From an uncultured Haemophilus sp. (lineage in GTDB: Bacteria > Pseudomonadota > Gammaproteobacteria > Enterobacterales > Pasteurellaceae): a stretch of 64,000 bases of DNA. The translations under genes and the position numbers were made by a program. The notes beneath the pieces were generated by a model. That model did no database searches and was not told the DNA's origin. It worked only from the letters and a program-made list of their open reading frames with translations. Location of the stretch: the NCBI RefSeq assembly GCF_902461185.1, contig NZ_CABPXD010000013.1; one strand, given 5' to 3'. Shown piece by piece: positions 54,408 through 63,147 of this stretch (position 1 is its first letter; the number at the start of each line of letters is the position of its first letter).

Positions 54408-56675
54408 ATGCAAGGGATCGAATTACGCATAAAAGGAAAAGTTCAGGGTGTGGGGTTTCGCCCTTTTGTCTGGCTTCTGGCAAATCAATATGGATTAAAT
54501 GGAGATGTCAATAATGATGGACAAGGCGTATTAATTCGTTTTGTCTCTCCACCAGCAGATGCACTCGAGCAATTTTTATCCGACCTACAAAATAAACTCC
54601 CACCTCTAGCGCAAATTACTGACGTTACTCAGCGAACCATAGATTGGCCTGACGCAGCCACAGTAACAAGCTTTACTATCCGGGAAAGCGAAAACAATCA
54701 AATGGACACGCAAATTATTCCCGATGCAGCAACCTGTCCACATTGTTTAGCTGACTTATTCGATCCCAACAATCGACGTTATCACTACCCCTTTACCAAT
54801 TGTACCCATTGTGGCCCGCGTTTTACCATCATCAAGGCAATTCCTTACGACCGAAAAAACACGGCGATGTCTGTTTTTCCGCTTTGTCCACAATGTGAAA
54901 AAGAATATAAAGATCCCGGTGATCGTCGTTTTCATGCTCAACCCAATGCTTGTTCTGTTTGCGGCCCCCATATCTGGTTACAAGATCGAGAACAAACGCT
55001 TGCTACTCATGAAACCGCACTAAAACAGACCGCACTTTTATTGCAACAAGGTCACATCGTCGCGGTTAAAGGCTTAGGCGGTTTTCACCTAGCCTGTGAT
55101 GCAAATAATCAAAAGGCTGTTAATTTATTACGACAACGGAAACATCGTCCGACAAAACCGTTAGCCATTATGGTGCCTGACCTGCAGTTTTTACAAGATT
55201 TAAGCGCCCAAGAAACAGAATTGCTAACCAGTAGTGCAGCGCCAATTGTACTACTAGCAAAACATAAAGTACCACATATTGCCGATAACATCGCACCAAA
55301 CCTACAGGAAATCGGTGTGATGCTACCGAGCAATCCACTACAACATTTATTACTACGAGCAGTTAATCGTCCACTCGTGATGACTTCTGCGAATGCTAGC
55401 GGACAACCTCCCGTGCTGAAAAATGAATATGCTGTGGAACAATTAGCTGGCTTGGCTGATTTTTATCTTTGTCACAATCGCGATATTCTACAACGTGCCG
55501 ATGATAGTCTCGTTCGTGTTGCCTTCGATGGATTAGAAACATTGCGTCGTGCTCGTGGCTATGTGCCCGATGAAATACCACTTGAAACACAAAGTGCGAA
55601 GAATGTATTGGCGTTAGGTTCCGATCTGAAAAATACATTCTGCTTACTACGTCACAATAAAGCCGTACTGAGTCAACATATTGGCGATACAGCAAATGAA
55701 CAAGTGCGGTCACAATTAAGTGAAAATCTTGAATTATTTCAAAATATTTATCAATTTAAACCTGACATTATCGCTGTCGATGCTCACCCTGGCTATTTTT
55801 CATCTTCCATTGGTAAACAACTTGCCGAACAGCAACAAATCACACCAATAGAAGTTCTACATCATCATGCTCATATTGTCAGCGTAATGGTCGAGCACAA
55901 TTGTAATGAACCTGTTATTGGTCTTGCTCTAGACGGTATCGGCATGGGTGAAAATGGACAACTTTGGGGGGGCGAATGCCTACTTGTTGATTATCAACAT
56001 AGTCAATATTTAGGTGGTCTGCCAGCTGTTGCTCTACCTGGTGGTGATCTTGCGGCCAAACAACCTTGGCGTAACTGGCTAGCTCACCTGCATCAATTTG
56101 TGCCACAGTGGCAAGAAATACTCACAAAAACTTGCACTGAACCGAATTGGCAAATATTAGTTAATGCCATTGAGCGCGGACTCAATTGCCCACCTATATC
56201 ATCTGCGGGTCGTTTATTTGATGCCGTAGCTTATGCTCTCGGTATTGCACCAACCATTGTTTCTTGGGAGGGCGAAGCTGCCTGTCATTTAGAAGCACTG
56301 GCAAATACCTCATCTTTGGCAACACAAGCACAAAGTGCGGTCAATATTCCAGTAAAAATGCCGCTTATCGGTAATAAACTGGATTTGGCTTATTTCTGGC
56401 AAAGTTGGTTGAATTACCAGGCGCCTGTCGCAGATAAAGCCTTTGCCTTTCATTATGCTCTCGCCCAAGGTTTTGCTGAACTTGCTGCGAACCAAGCACG
56501 AAAATACCAATGCCGTACTATCGTGCTGTCTGGCGGCGTGATGCATAACCAACTGCTACGTCGCTTATTAAAAGAAAATCTGAGCGAATTCCATGTACTG
56601 AGTGCGCATAAACTACCGATGGGTGATGGCGGACTCAGTTTAGGTCAGGCGGTTATTGCCATGCATAGAAACTGA
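54408..56675 (+). CDS. hypF: carbamoyltransferase HypF
   Basis: An acylphosphatase-like N-terminus (GKVQGVGFRPF), two zinc-finger pairs (CPHC...CTHCGPRF and CPQC...CSVCGP), a YrdC-like domain and a Kae1-like domain. Confidence 0.92.
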   Translation: MQGIELRIKGKVQGVGFRPFVWLLANQYGLNGDVNNDGQGVLIRFVSPPADALEQFLSDLQNKLPPLAQITDVTQRTIDWPDAATVTSFTIRESENNQMDTQIIPDAATCPHCLADLFDPNNRRYHYPFTNCTHCGPRFTIIKAIPYDRKNTAMSVFPLCPQCEKEYKDPGDRRFHAQPNACSVCGPHIWLQDREQTLATHETALKQTALLLQQGHIVAVKGLGGFHLACDANNQKAVNLLRQRKHRPTKPLAIMVPDLQFLQDLSAQETELLTSSAAPIVLLAKHKVPHIADNIAPNLQEIGVMLPSNPLQHLLLRAVNRPLVMTSANASGQPPVLKNEYAVEQLAGLADFYLCHNRDILQRADDSLVRVAFDGLETLRRARGYVPDEIPLETQSAKNVLALGSDLKNTFCLLRHNKAVLSQHIGDTANEQVRSQLSENLELFQNIYQFKPDIIAVDAHPGYFSSSIGKQLAEQQQITPIEVLHHHAHIVSVMVEHNCNEPVIGLALDGIGMGENGQLWGGECLLVDYQHSQYLGGLPAVALPGGDLAAKQPWRNWLAHLHQFVPQWQEILTKTCTEPNWQILVNAIERGLNCPPISSAGRLFDAVAYALGIAPTIVSWEGEAACHLEALANTSSLATQAQSAVNIPVKMPLIGNKLDLAYFWQSWLNYQAPVADKAFAFHYALAQGFAELAANQARKYQCRTIVLSGGVMHNQLLRRLLKENLSEFHVLSAHKLPMGDGGLSLGQAVIAMHRN

Positions 56676-56699
56676 TCATCCTTAATGTTAAATATAAGA

Positions 56700-56742
56700 A
56701 AAAGAGTTAATCGAAAAGTGACGATTAACTCTTTTGTTTTTG
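56700..56742 (+). terminator. rho-independent terminator after hypF
   Basis: aagagttaatcg pairs with cgattaactctt as a 12-bp stem, followed by ttgttttt. Confidence 0.8.
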
Positions 56743-56752
56743 TATTTCTTTT

Positions 56753-57670
56753 TTATAACGGAATACTGGAAAAGAAAACCAATAGTAACGGTGGCAGAAT
56801 ATTCGTAACAAAGCCGAATGAAATCGCAATTGGCGTGACTTCAATACCTCCTGCTTTTTGAATAATTGGCAAGGTACAATCTATTGCTGTCGCACCCGTA
56901 ATCCCAATTGCAGTCGAACGGAAATGACGCATAAATAATGGGATCACAAATAAGCTGACAATTTCACGGGATAAGTCATTAAAAAAGGCAATACTGCCCT
57001 GCACCGGTCCCCATGCATTGGTCAATACTACACTAGATAACGAATACCAACCCATTCCAGAGGCAAATGCCAGCCCTTGTGTAATTGGCATAGCCAAAAC
57101 GAAAGCAGCAATGATACCACCTAATAATGAAGTAAAAGTAAACACCATCCCTGTTTGGAAACCTCGTTTATTGAAAAGGGCCTCTTTTAAGGAAATACCG
57201 TTATTTCTTAGCTGAATCCCCACAAAGAAAATCAGTACGATCAATACATACAGATTAATTCCGGTAGGTAACATGAGATAGGATTTGAATAAGAAACCAC
57301 AAAGGGTGCCGATCACTACCGTGCCGGAAAGTTTGAGTGAGTCAATTAAGGAGTGCCAACGAGAATCAATTTTACCTTGTGATTTAAGTGGCTCAGCGGG
57401 GTTAAAGCGGTCATAAAGCATCAAACCAACCATATTAGATCCCAAAATGATCGCAGACAGTGTCACCGCAGTTGTGCCAATAATCGGCAGTTTATGCTCT
57501 AAATCATCTAACTGACCAAGTAAATAGCCCATTAAGAAAAGAATAATATAAAGCAAAAACATCACGATATGATTTATTTTTGCAATATAGGATTTATTAT
57601 TGACCTTTAATAAATAACCTAACACCATCGGTATTAAGACAATTAATAAGCCATTTATCATATCCTGCAT
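56753..57670 (-). CDS. lysO: lysine exporter LysO (YbjE family)
   Basis: 305 aa and collinear with E. coli YbjE (GLLIVLIPMVLGYL, VGIQLRNNG, GWYSLS, FFNDL.RE, GATAIDCTLP). Confidence 0.8.
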   Translation of the reverse strand: MQDMINGLLIVLIPMVLGYLLKVNNKSYIAKINHIVMFLLYIILFLMGYLLGQLDDLEHKLPIIGTTAVTLSAIILGSNMVGLMLYDRFNPAEPLKSQGKIDSRWHSLIDSLKLSGTVVIGTLCGFLFKSYLMLPTGINLYVLIVLIFFVGIQLRNNGISLKEALFNKRGFQTGMVFTFTSLLGGIIAAFVLAMPITQGLAFASGMGWYSLSSVVLTNAWGPVQGSIAFFNDLSREIVSLFVIPLFMRHFRSTAIGITGATAIDCTLPIIQKAGGIEVTPIAISFGFVTNILPPLLLVFFSSIPL

Positions 57671-57736
57671 CGTACATCTCCTTTCTTATTCCATTGAAGC
57701 TAGCATACCCCTTTTCTCCCCTTTTTTCAAAGCGCA

Positions 57737-57767
57737 TAAAAAAGTGCGGTCAAAATTGACCGCACTT
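57737..57767 (-). terminator. inverted USS-pair terminator after the DAHP synthase gene
   Basis: aagtgcggtcaa pairs with ttgaccgcactt around a 2-nt centre, with a T-run on the minus strand. Confidence 0.75.
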
Positions 57768-57790
57768 ATAATCATCTAAAATAAAACTGA

Positions 57791-58882
57791 TTAGCCATTT
57801 ACTTTACGACGTGCTAACACCGCATCAGATAACTGTTTTAACACGATTTCTGTATCTTCCCAACCGATGCAAGCATCAGTGATGCTTTGTCCGTAAGTCT
57901 GAGCTTTACCATCGACTAAGTCTTGACGCCCCTCAACAATATGACTTTCTACCATGACACCGAAGATCTGCGTTGAACCACCTGCAATTTGCTGGCAAAC
58001 ATCTTCACAAACATCCATTTGTTTTTTGAATTGTTTGCTACTATTTGCATGGCTAAAATCAACCATGACATGTGGAATACGACCTGATTTTTCGATCTCT
58101 GCACAAACTTTTGCAACGTCTTCTGCTTTATAGTTAGGACCTTTATCCCCACCACGTAAAATAATGTGGCAGTCTTCATTTCCTTTTGTTGAAACAATAG
58201 CCGAATGGCCAAATTTTGTCACAGATAAGAAGTAATGCGAAGCTTCTGCCGCGCCCATTGCATCTAATGCTACTTTTACGCCACCATTTGTACCATTTTT
58301 AAAGCCTACCGCACAAGATAAGCCTGAAGCTAATTCACGGTGAACTTGAGATTCAGTTGTTCTCGCACCAATTGCGCCCCAGCTCATGAAATCCGCTACA
58401 TATTGTGGTGTGATCATATCTAAGAACTCACCTGCTGACGGGACGCCTAAATTATTGATGTCAGATAATAATTTACGTGCAATACGTAAACCATCATTTA
58501 AACGATATGTATCATTTAAATAAGGATCGTTAATTAAGCCTTTCCAACCTACTGTTGTACGCGGTTTTTCAAAGTAAACACGCATCACCACTTCAAGTGT
58601 ATCTTTATATTCATCACGTAATACTTTTAAACGTTTGGCATAATCTAATGCGGCTTTAGGATCATGAATAGAACAAGGACCAATTACTACAAGTAAACGG
58701 TCATCTTTTCCATGAATAATATTGTGTGCGTGCAAGCGGGTTTCATGAACTAAATCAGCCGCTTCTTGACTTGCAGGAAATTTTTCTAATAAGGCAATTG
58801 GGGGTAATACCTGATCGACTTTTTCAATTCGGGTATCATCATTTGCAACTTTTACTTCGATTTCTTCTTTCTTCGTCGCCAT
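57791..58882 (-). CDS. aroG: class I 3-deoxy-7-phosphoheptulonate (DAHP) synthase; isozyme specificity not determinable
   Basis: 363 aa with LLVVIGPCSIHD, FEKPRTTVGWKG and DFSHANS, the motifs of AroF/G/H-type enzymes. Confidence 0.88.
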   Translation of the reverse strand: MATKKEEIEVKVANDDTRIEKVDQVLPPIALLEKFPASQEAADLVHETRLHAHNIIHGKDDRLLVVIGPCSIHDPKAALDYAKRLKVLRDEYKDTLEVVMRVYFEKPRTTVGWKGLINDPYLNDTYRLNDGLRIARKLLSDINNLGVPSAGEFLDMITPQYVADFMSWGAIGARTTESQVHRELASGLSCAVGFKNGTNGGVKVALDAMGAAEASHYFLSVTKFGHSAIVSTKGNEDCHIILRGGDKGPNYKAEDVAKVCAEIEKSGRIPHVMVDFSHANSSKQFKKQMDVCEDVCQQIAGGSTQIFGVMVESHIVEGRQDLVDGKAQTYGQSITDACIGWEDTEIVLKQLSDAVLARRKVNG

Positions 58883-58947
58883 ATGTCACTCTCTAAATCT
58901 TAAATGTTGTGCTTAAATCTAATGGCGTTACTCTACACCCATTTTTT

Positions 58948-58965
58948 GTACTAGTAAACTAGTTC
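58948..58965 (-). promoter_or_regulatory. Trp-repressor-type operator upstream of the DAHP synthase gene
   Basis: GTACTAGTAAACTAGTTC matches 16/18 to the symmetric trp operator GTACTAGTTAACTAGTAC, with the CTAG-N4-CTAG core intact. It lies 66-83 nt upstream of ATG 58882. Confidence 0.6.
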
Positions 58966-59226
58966 ATTTGAATTCTTACACAATTATTATGTAATTGCGT
59001 AAAATTTATACTACCTAGGCAGTAAAACAGGGCGTTATTAAACTATATTTCCGCCTTGTCTGGCAAGGTTTTTGACGTAAAAATAGGTTGTACCAGCCCT
59101 ATTTAAACAGAATGATTCTTTTATTCTTCAAATTAACAAAGAGGTTTAGATAAATGCGGGCAAAAAGAACAATTTCAACATCTACCGTACTTTTTAAAAA
59201 TATTTTTTCAATGCCCTTGTTTTTAC

Positions 59227-59254
59227 TGAACATCCCCCTCATTTTTTTGTCTGA
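59227..59254 (+). promoter_or_regulatory. sigma-E (RpoE)-type promoter for degQ/htrA
   Basis: tGAACat (59227-59233), a 16-nt spacer, then TCTGA (59250-59254). Compare E. coli degP P: GGAACTT-N16-TCTGA. The start codon at 59297 lies about 40 nt downstream. Confidence 0.55.
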
Positions 59255-59296
59255 TTGAACACTTATTCAGTCATTTATTTTTACTTGGAGAACTCT

Positions 59297-60688
59297 ATGA
59301 AGAAAAGAAATTTTGTATTAACCGGTATAGCATTAGGTTTAAGCGTGTTTGCAACCTCTTTATCCGTTCAAGCGGCTATTCCAAATGAGATTGTCGAACA
59401 AGGCAGCCTTGCACCAATGTTAGAAAAAGCACAAGCAGCAGTTGTGACCCTTTCTGTTGAAGGCAAAGCAAAAGCTAACAGCCGTTCAGCATTACCTGAT
59501 GATATTCCAGAAGAATTTAAATTTTTCTTTGGTGATCAATTTGGCGAACAATTCGGCGGAGATCGTGGTGCATCACGCAACTTCCGCGGTTTAGGTTCTG
59601 GTGTTATCATCAATGCAGATAAAGGCTATATTTTAACTAATAATCACGTCGTAGATGGCGCAGATAAAATTACCGTAAAATTACAAGACGGACGTGAATT
59701 CAAAGCCAAACTCGTTGGAAAAGACGAACAATCTGATATCGCTTTAGTACAAATCGAAAAACCAACTAACCTCACCGCGATCAAAATGGCTGACTCCGAT
59801 AAATTACGCGTAGGTGATTTTACCGTTGCTATCGGTAACCCATTCGGTTTAGGCCAAACCGTCACCTCTGGTATTGTTTCAGCACTTGGCCGCTCTACTG
59901 GTTCAGATAGCGGTGCGTATGAAAACTATATCCAAACCGATGCTGCGGTAAACCGTGGTAACTCTGGTGGTGCATTATTGAATTTACAAGGTGAATTAAT
60001 TGGTATCAATACGGCTATTATTTCTCCTAGTGGCGGTAACGCTGGGATTGCCTTTGCGATTCCAAGCAACCAAGCCAACAATCTCGTTCAACAAATCTTA
60101 GAATTTGGTGAGGTACGTCGTGGTTTACTCGGTATTAAAGGTGGCGAATTAAATGCAGATTTAGCGAAAGCCTTTAATGTCAGTGCGCAACAAGGTGCAT
60201 TTGTGAGTGAAGTCATTCCAAATTCAGCTGCCGAAAAAGCAGGCTTAAAAGCGGGTGATGTGATTACCGCAATGAATGGTCAAAAAATCTCAAGCTTTGC
60301 CGAAATGCGTGCAAAAATCGCGACTTCTGGTGCGGGCAAAGAAATTGAACTTACTTATTTACGTGATGGTAAATCTGAAAACGTAAAAGTGACCTTACAA
60401 GCAGACGATGGCACTCAAACTGCGAGCAAAACGGAACTTCCAGCATTAGATGGTGCAACCTTAAGCAACTATGATGCAAAAGGCGTGAAAGGTGTGGAAA
60501 TTAGCAAAGTACAACCAAATTCAATGGCGGCACAACGCGGTTTAAAATCGGGCGATATCATCATCGGCATCAACCGTCAGCCAATTGAAAGCACGCAAGA
60601 CTTACGCAAAGCGCTAGATGAAAAACCATCTGCTGTTGCACTCAATATCTTACGTGGTAAAAATAATTTCTACTTATTAGTGCAATAA
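59297..60688 (+). CDS. degQ: periplasmic serine endoprotease of the DegP/DegQ/HtrA family (two PDZ domains)
   Basis: ORF 59255..60688 starts at TTG, inside the promoter. ATG 59297 has GGAG upstream and gives the signal peptide MKKRNFVLTGIALGLSVFATSLSVQA. The catalytic motifs are TNNHV, D in SDIAL, and GNSGGAL. Confidence 0.88.
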   Translation: MKKRNFVLTGIALGLSVFATSLSVQAAIPNEIVEQGSLAPMLEKAQAAVVTLSVEGKAKANSRSALPDDIPEEFKFFFGDQFGEQFGGDRGASRNFRGLGSGVIINADKGYILTNNHVVDGADKITVKLQDGREFKAKLVGKDEQSDIALVQIEKPTNLTAIKMADSDKLRVGDFTVAIGNPFGLGQTVTSGIVSALGRSTGSDSGAYENYIQTDAAVNRGNSGGALLNLQGELIGINTAIISPSGGNAGIAFAIPSNQANNLVQQILEFGEVRRGLLGIKGGELNADLAKAFNVSAQQGAFVSEVIPNSAAEKAGLKAGDVITAMNGQKISSFAEMRAKIATSGAGKEIELTYLRDGKSENVKVTLQADDGTQTASKTELPALDGATLSNYDAKGVKGVEISKVQPNSMAAQRGLKSGDIIIGINRQPIESTQDLRKALDEKPSAVALNILRGKNNFYLLVQ

Positions 60689-60692
60689 AATG

Positions 60693-60720
60693 AAAGAGCG
60701 GTCAATTTGATCGCTCTTTT
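60693..60720. terminator. bidirectional terminator between convergent degQ and uvrB
   Basis: aaagagcggtca pairs with tgatcgctcttt with one G-U pair, followed by a T-run. Confidence 0.75.
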
Positions 60721-60723
60721 CCT

Positions 60724-62760
60724 TTATTCCGATATCATAAACTGCTCTCTCAATTGATGAAGTTGATCGCGTACTGCAGCGGCTTTTTCAAACTCAAGAT
60801 CTTGAGCAAATTTATACATTTGTTGTTCCAATTTCTTAATTTGTTGTTGGAATTCTTTGGCTGATTTAGGTGCATTGTAAAGTGCAGTCGGTTCAGCTGC
60901 CGTTTTTCCACGCTGTTTCGATTTCGCTTTTTGATTTGCACCTTGACCAATATCTAATAATTCGCCGACTTTCTTATTCAATGCCTGTGGAACAATACCA
61001 TGCTCTTCATTGTATTTCATTTGTTTTTCACGACGGCGATTCGTTTCGGTAATGGCTTTTTCCATAGATTTAGTAATACTATCAGCATACAAAATCGCTT
61101 TACCATTTAAGTTTCGAGCAGCACGACCGATGGTTTGGATTAAAGATCGTTCAGAACGTAAGAAACCTTCTTTATCCGCATCTAAAATCGCAACAAGAGA
61201 AACCTCAGGAATATCCAGCCCCTCACGTAATAAGTTAATGCCGACCAACACATCGAATTCACCTAAACGTAAATCACGAATAATCTCTACACGCTCAACC
61301 GTATCAATATCTGAATGCAAATAACGCACACGAATGCCGTGTTCGTCTAAGTAATCCGTTAAATCTTCCGCCATTTTCTTGGTGAGTGTTGTGACTAAAA
61401 CTCGCTCATTTTTATCCGCTCTTTGGCGAGCTTCGGAAAGTAAATCATCCACTTGAATAGACACTGGACGAATTTCAATTTGCGGATCAAGTAAGCCTGT
61501 TGGACGTACCACCTGATCGACAATTTCACTGCCCGATTTTTCCAACTCATAAGGCCCTGGTGTCGCAGAAACGTAAATCGTCTGCGGCGCTAAACGTTCA
61601 AACTCTTCAAAGCGTAATGGACGGTTATCCAATGCTGAAGGCAAACGGAAACCATATTCCACCAAGGTTTCTTTACGAGAACGGTCACCACGATACATCC
61701 CGCCAATTTGCGGCACAGTCACGTGTGATTCATCAATAATCAAAATCGCATCAGACGGCATATAATCAAATAATGTCGGAGGTGGTTCACCTTCATTTCT
61801 GCCAGAAAGGTAACGTGAATAGTTTTCGATTCCTGAGCAATAACCGAGCTCATTCATCATCTCAATATCAAATTGTGTACGTTGAGTAATACGCTGCTCT
61901 TCCAGCAATTTATGTTCCTTGATGAAATATTCACGGCGTTGTACAAGCTCCGCTTTGATTTTTTCAATGGCATCTAAAATACGCTCTCTTGGCGTTACAT
62001 AGTGGGTTTTCGGATACACCGTAAAACGTGGAACAGCGCCAAAACTTGTGCCCGTTAAAGGATCAAATAAACTTAAACGTTCAATTTCATCATCAAATAA
62101 CTCAATTCGTACCGCTCTATCGTCAGATTCCGCAGGGAAAATATCAATCACCTCGCCACGCACACGGAATGTACCACGCTGAAAGGCTTGATCATTCCTT
62201 GTATATTGTAATTCCGCTAACTTCGCTAAAATCTGACGTTGATCGATAATTGCACCTTGCTGTAAGTGCAACATCATCTGCAAATAGCTATCTGGATCAC
62301 CCAAACCATAAATCGCTGATACGGACGCCACTACAATAGTATCTCGACGCTCTAAGAACGACTTGGTAGCTGAAAGACGCATCTGTTCAATTTGATCATT
62401 AATCGAAGCATCTTTCTCGATAAAGGTATCACTACTCGGTACATAAGCTTCTGGCTGATAATAATCATAGTATGAGACAAAATATTCCACTGCATTTTCA
62501 GGAAAGAACGCTTTCATTTCCGCATAAAGCTGAGCGGCAAGAGTTTTATTTGGGGCAAGCAACATGGCTGGGCGGTTTAACGTTGCTATAACATTTGCAA
62601 TGGTAAAAGTTTTACCTGAGCCCGTTACCCCGAGAAGGGTTTGATGAGCCAAACCATCCTCTAAATTTTCGACTAATTTTTCGATTGCTTGGGGTTGATC
62701 ACCGGAAGGTTTAAAATCTGAATGAAGGATAAAAGGCTTAGTATTAATTTTCTCTGCCAT
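60724..62760 (-). CDS. uvrB: excinuclease ABC subunit B
   Basis: ORF 60724..62772 starts at TTG. ATG 62760 gives [26 protein letters not shown], collinear with E. coli Uvr[13 protein letters not shown] and the C-terminal UVR domain are present. Confidence 0.93.
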   Translation of the reverse strand: MAEKINTKPFILHSDFKPSGDQPQAIEKLVENLEDGLAHQTLLGVTGSGKTFTIANVIATLNRPAMLLAPNKTLAAQLYAEMKAFFPENAVEYFVSYYDYYQPEAYVPSSDTFIEKDASINDQIEQMRLSATKSFLERRDTIVVASVSAIYGLGDPDSYLQMMLHLQQGAIIDQRQILAKLAELQYTRNDQAFQRGTFRVRGEVIDIFPAESDDRAVRIELFDDEIERLSLFDPLTGTSFGAVPRFTVYPKTHYVTPRERILDAIEKIKAELVQRREYFIKEHKLLEEQRITQRTQFDIEMMNELGYCSGIENYSRYLSGRNEGEPPPTLFDYMPSDAILIIDESHVTVPQIGGMYRGDRSRKETLVEYGFRLPSALDNRPLRFEEFERLAPQTIYVSATPGPYELEKSGSEIVDQVVRPTGLLDPQIEIRPVSIQVDDLLSEARQRADKNERVLVTTLTKKMAEDLTDYLDEHGIRVRYLHSDIDTVERVEIIRDLRLGEFDVLVGINLLREGLDIPEVSLVAILDADKEGFLRSERSLIQTIGRAARNLNGKAILYADSITKSMEKAITETNRRREKQMKYNEEHGIVPQALNKKVGELLDIGQGANQKAKSKQRGKTAAEPTALYNAPKSAKEFQQQIKKLEQQMYKFAQDLEFEKAAAVRDQLHQLREQFMISE

Positions 62761-63023
62761 AAGTGCGGTCAATTTTTTAACTGTTTTAGAACTGTGACTA
62801 TTTTAGCACATTTATTACTCCAAATTGAGCGATAAAAATCCAAGTTTTACACACACTTAGGCGTGTCAAGCCTTAAACACTTCAAAATTTAAAAATATTT
62901 TATTTTTTTTGCTGGACTTTGTGTAACATATTGATATTTAAATAAATATCACCAAATGACTAATAGATAAACAATTTGAGACAAAGCCAGTCTGCATCAG
63001 TGGTTGACCATTTTAAACAAAAA

Positions 63024-63058
63024 CAATCCACAAAGTTATCCACAGGCTCTGTGGATAG
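63024..63058. promoter_or_regulatory. cluster of three DnaA boxes (two direct, one inverted) upstream of uvrB; DARS1-like
   Basis: CAATCCACA at 63024-63032 matches 7/9. TTATCCACA at 63036-63044 matches 9/9. TGTGGATAG at 63050-63058 is CTATCCACA on the other strand and matches 8/9. Confidence 0.6.
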
Positions 63059-63101
63059 AAAAAGTAGACGTTTGATAGTAATAAAATAGGATAATAATAA
63101 A

Positions 63102-63136
63102 AAAATCCTCTTTGATCTAATTTCAAAGAGGATTTT
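63102..63136 (-). terminator. rho-independent terminator after the DUF2827-like gene
   Basis: aaaatcctctttga pairs with tcaaagaggatttt as a 14-bp stem with a 7-nt loop, with a T-run on the minus strand. Confidence 0.8.
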
Positions 63137-63147
63137 CATAAAATAGA

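Noticed and set aside
59053-59104. Two small hairpins in the aroG-degQ intergenic region that could mark a small RNA. They are CCTTG-loop-CAAGG plus a T-run at 59054..59073, and AAATAGG-N10-CCTATTT at 59081..59104.
   Set aside because: The stems are short (5-7 bp) and AT-rich. No convincing promoter lies at a suitable distance, and I cannot assess conservation. The evidence is too weak to call a gene.
59255-59296. N-terminally extended starts offered by the ORF track. These are TTG 59255 for degQ, TTG 29578 for ppc, GTG 4659 for glnD, 19027 for pseudoazurin, 18486 for the ATP-grasp gene, TTG 62772 for uvrB, TTG 23164 for the peroxidase, TTG 24371 for mltB, 53817 for hyfA and 38061 for nikM.
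   Set aside because: In each case an internal ATG with a Shine-Dalgarno match yields the conserved N-terminus or a proper signal peptide. The extension would overlap a terminator, a promoter or the upstream gene.
62773-62860. A LexA (SOS) box upstream of uvrB; aaCTGTtttagaaCTGTgac caught the eye.
   Set aside because: The two CTGT elements are direct repeats, not the palindromic CTG-N10-CAG. No acceptable SOS box is visible on either strand.
63024-63058. The DnaA-box cluster might be the chromosomal origin (oriC).
   Set aside because: There are only three boxes. I saw no array of GATC sites and no AT-rich 13-mer repeats, and no gidA/mioC/dnaA-type neighbours. The position upstream of uvrB fits a DARS1-like or regulatory site better.
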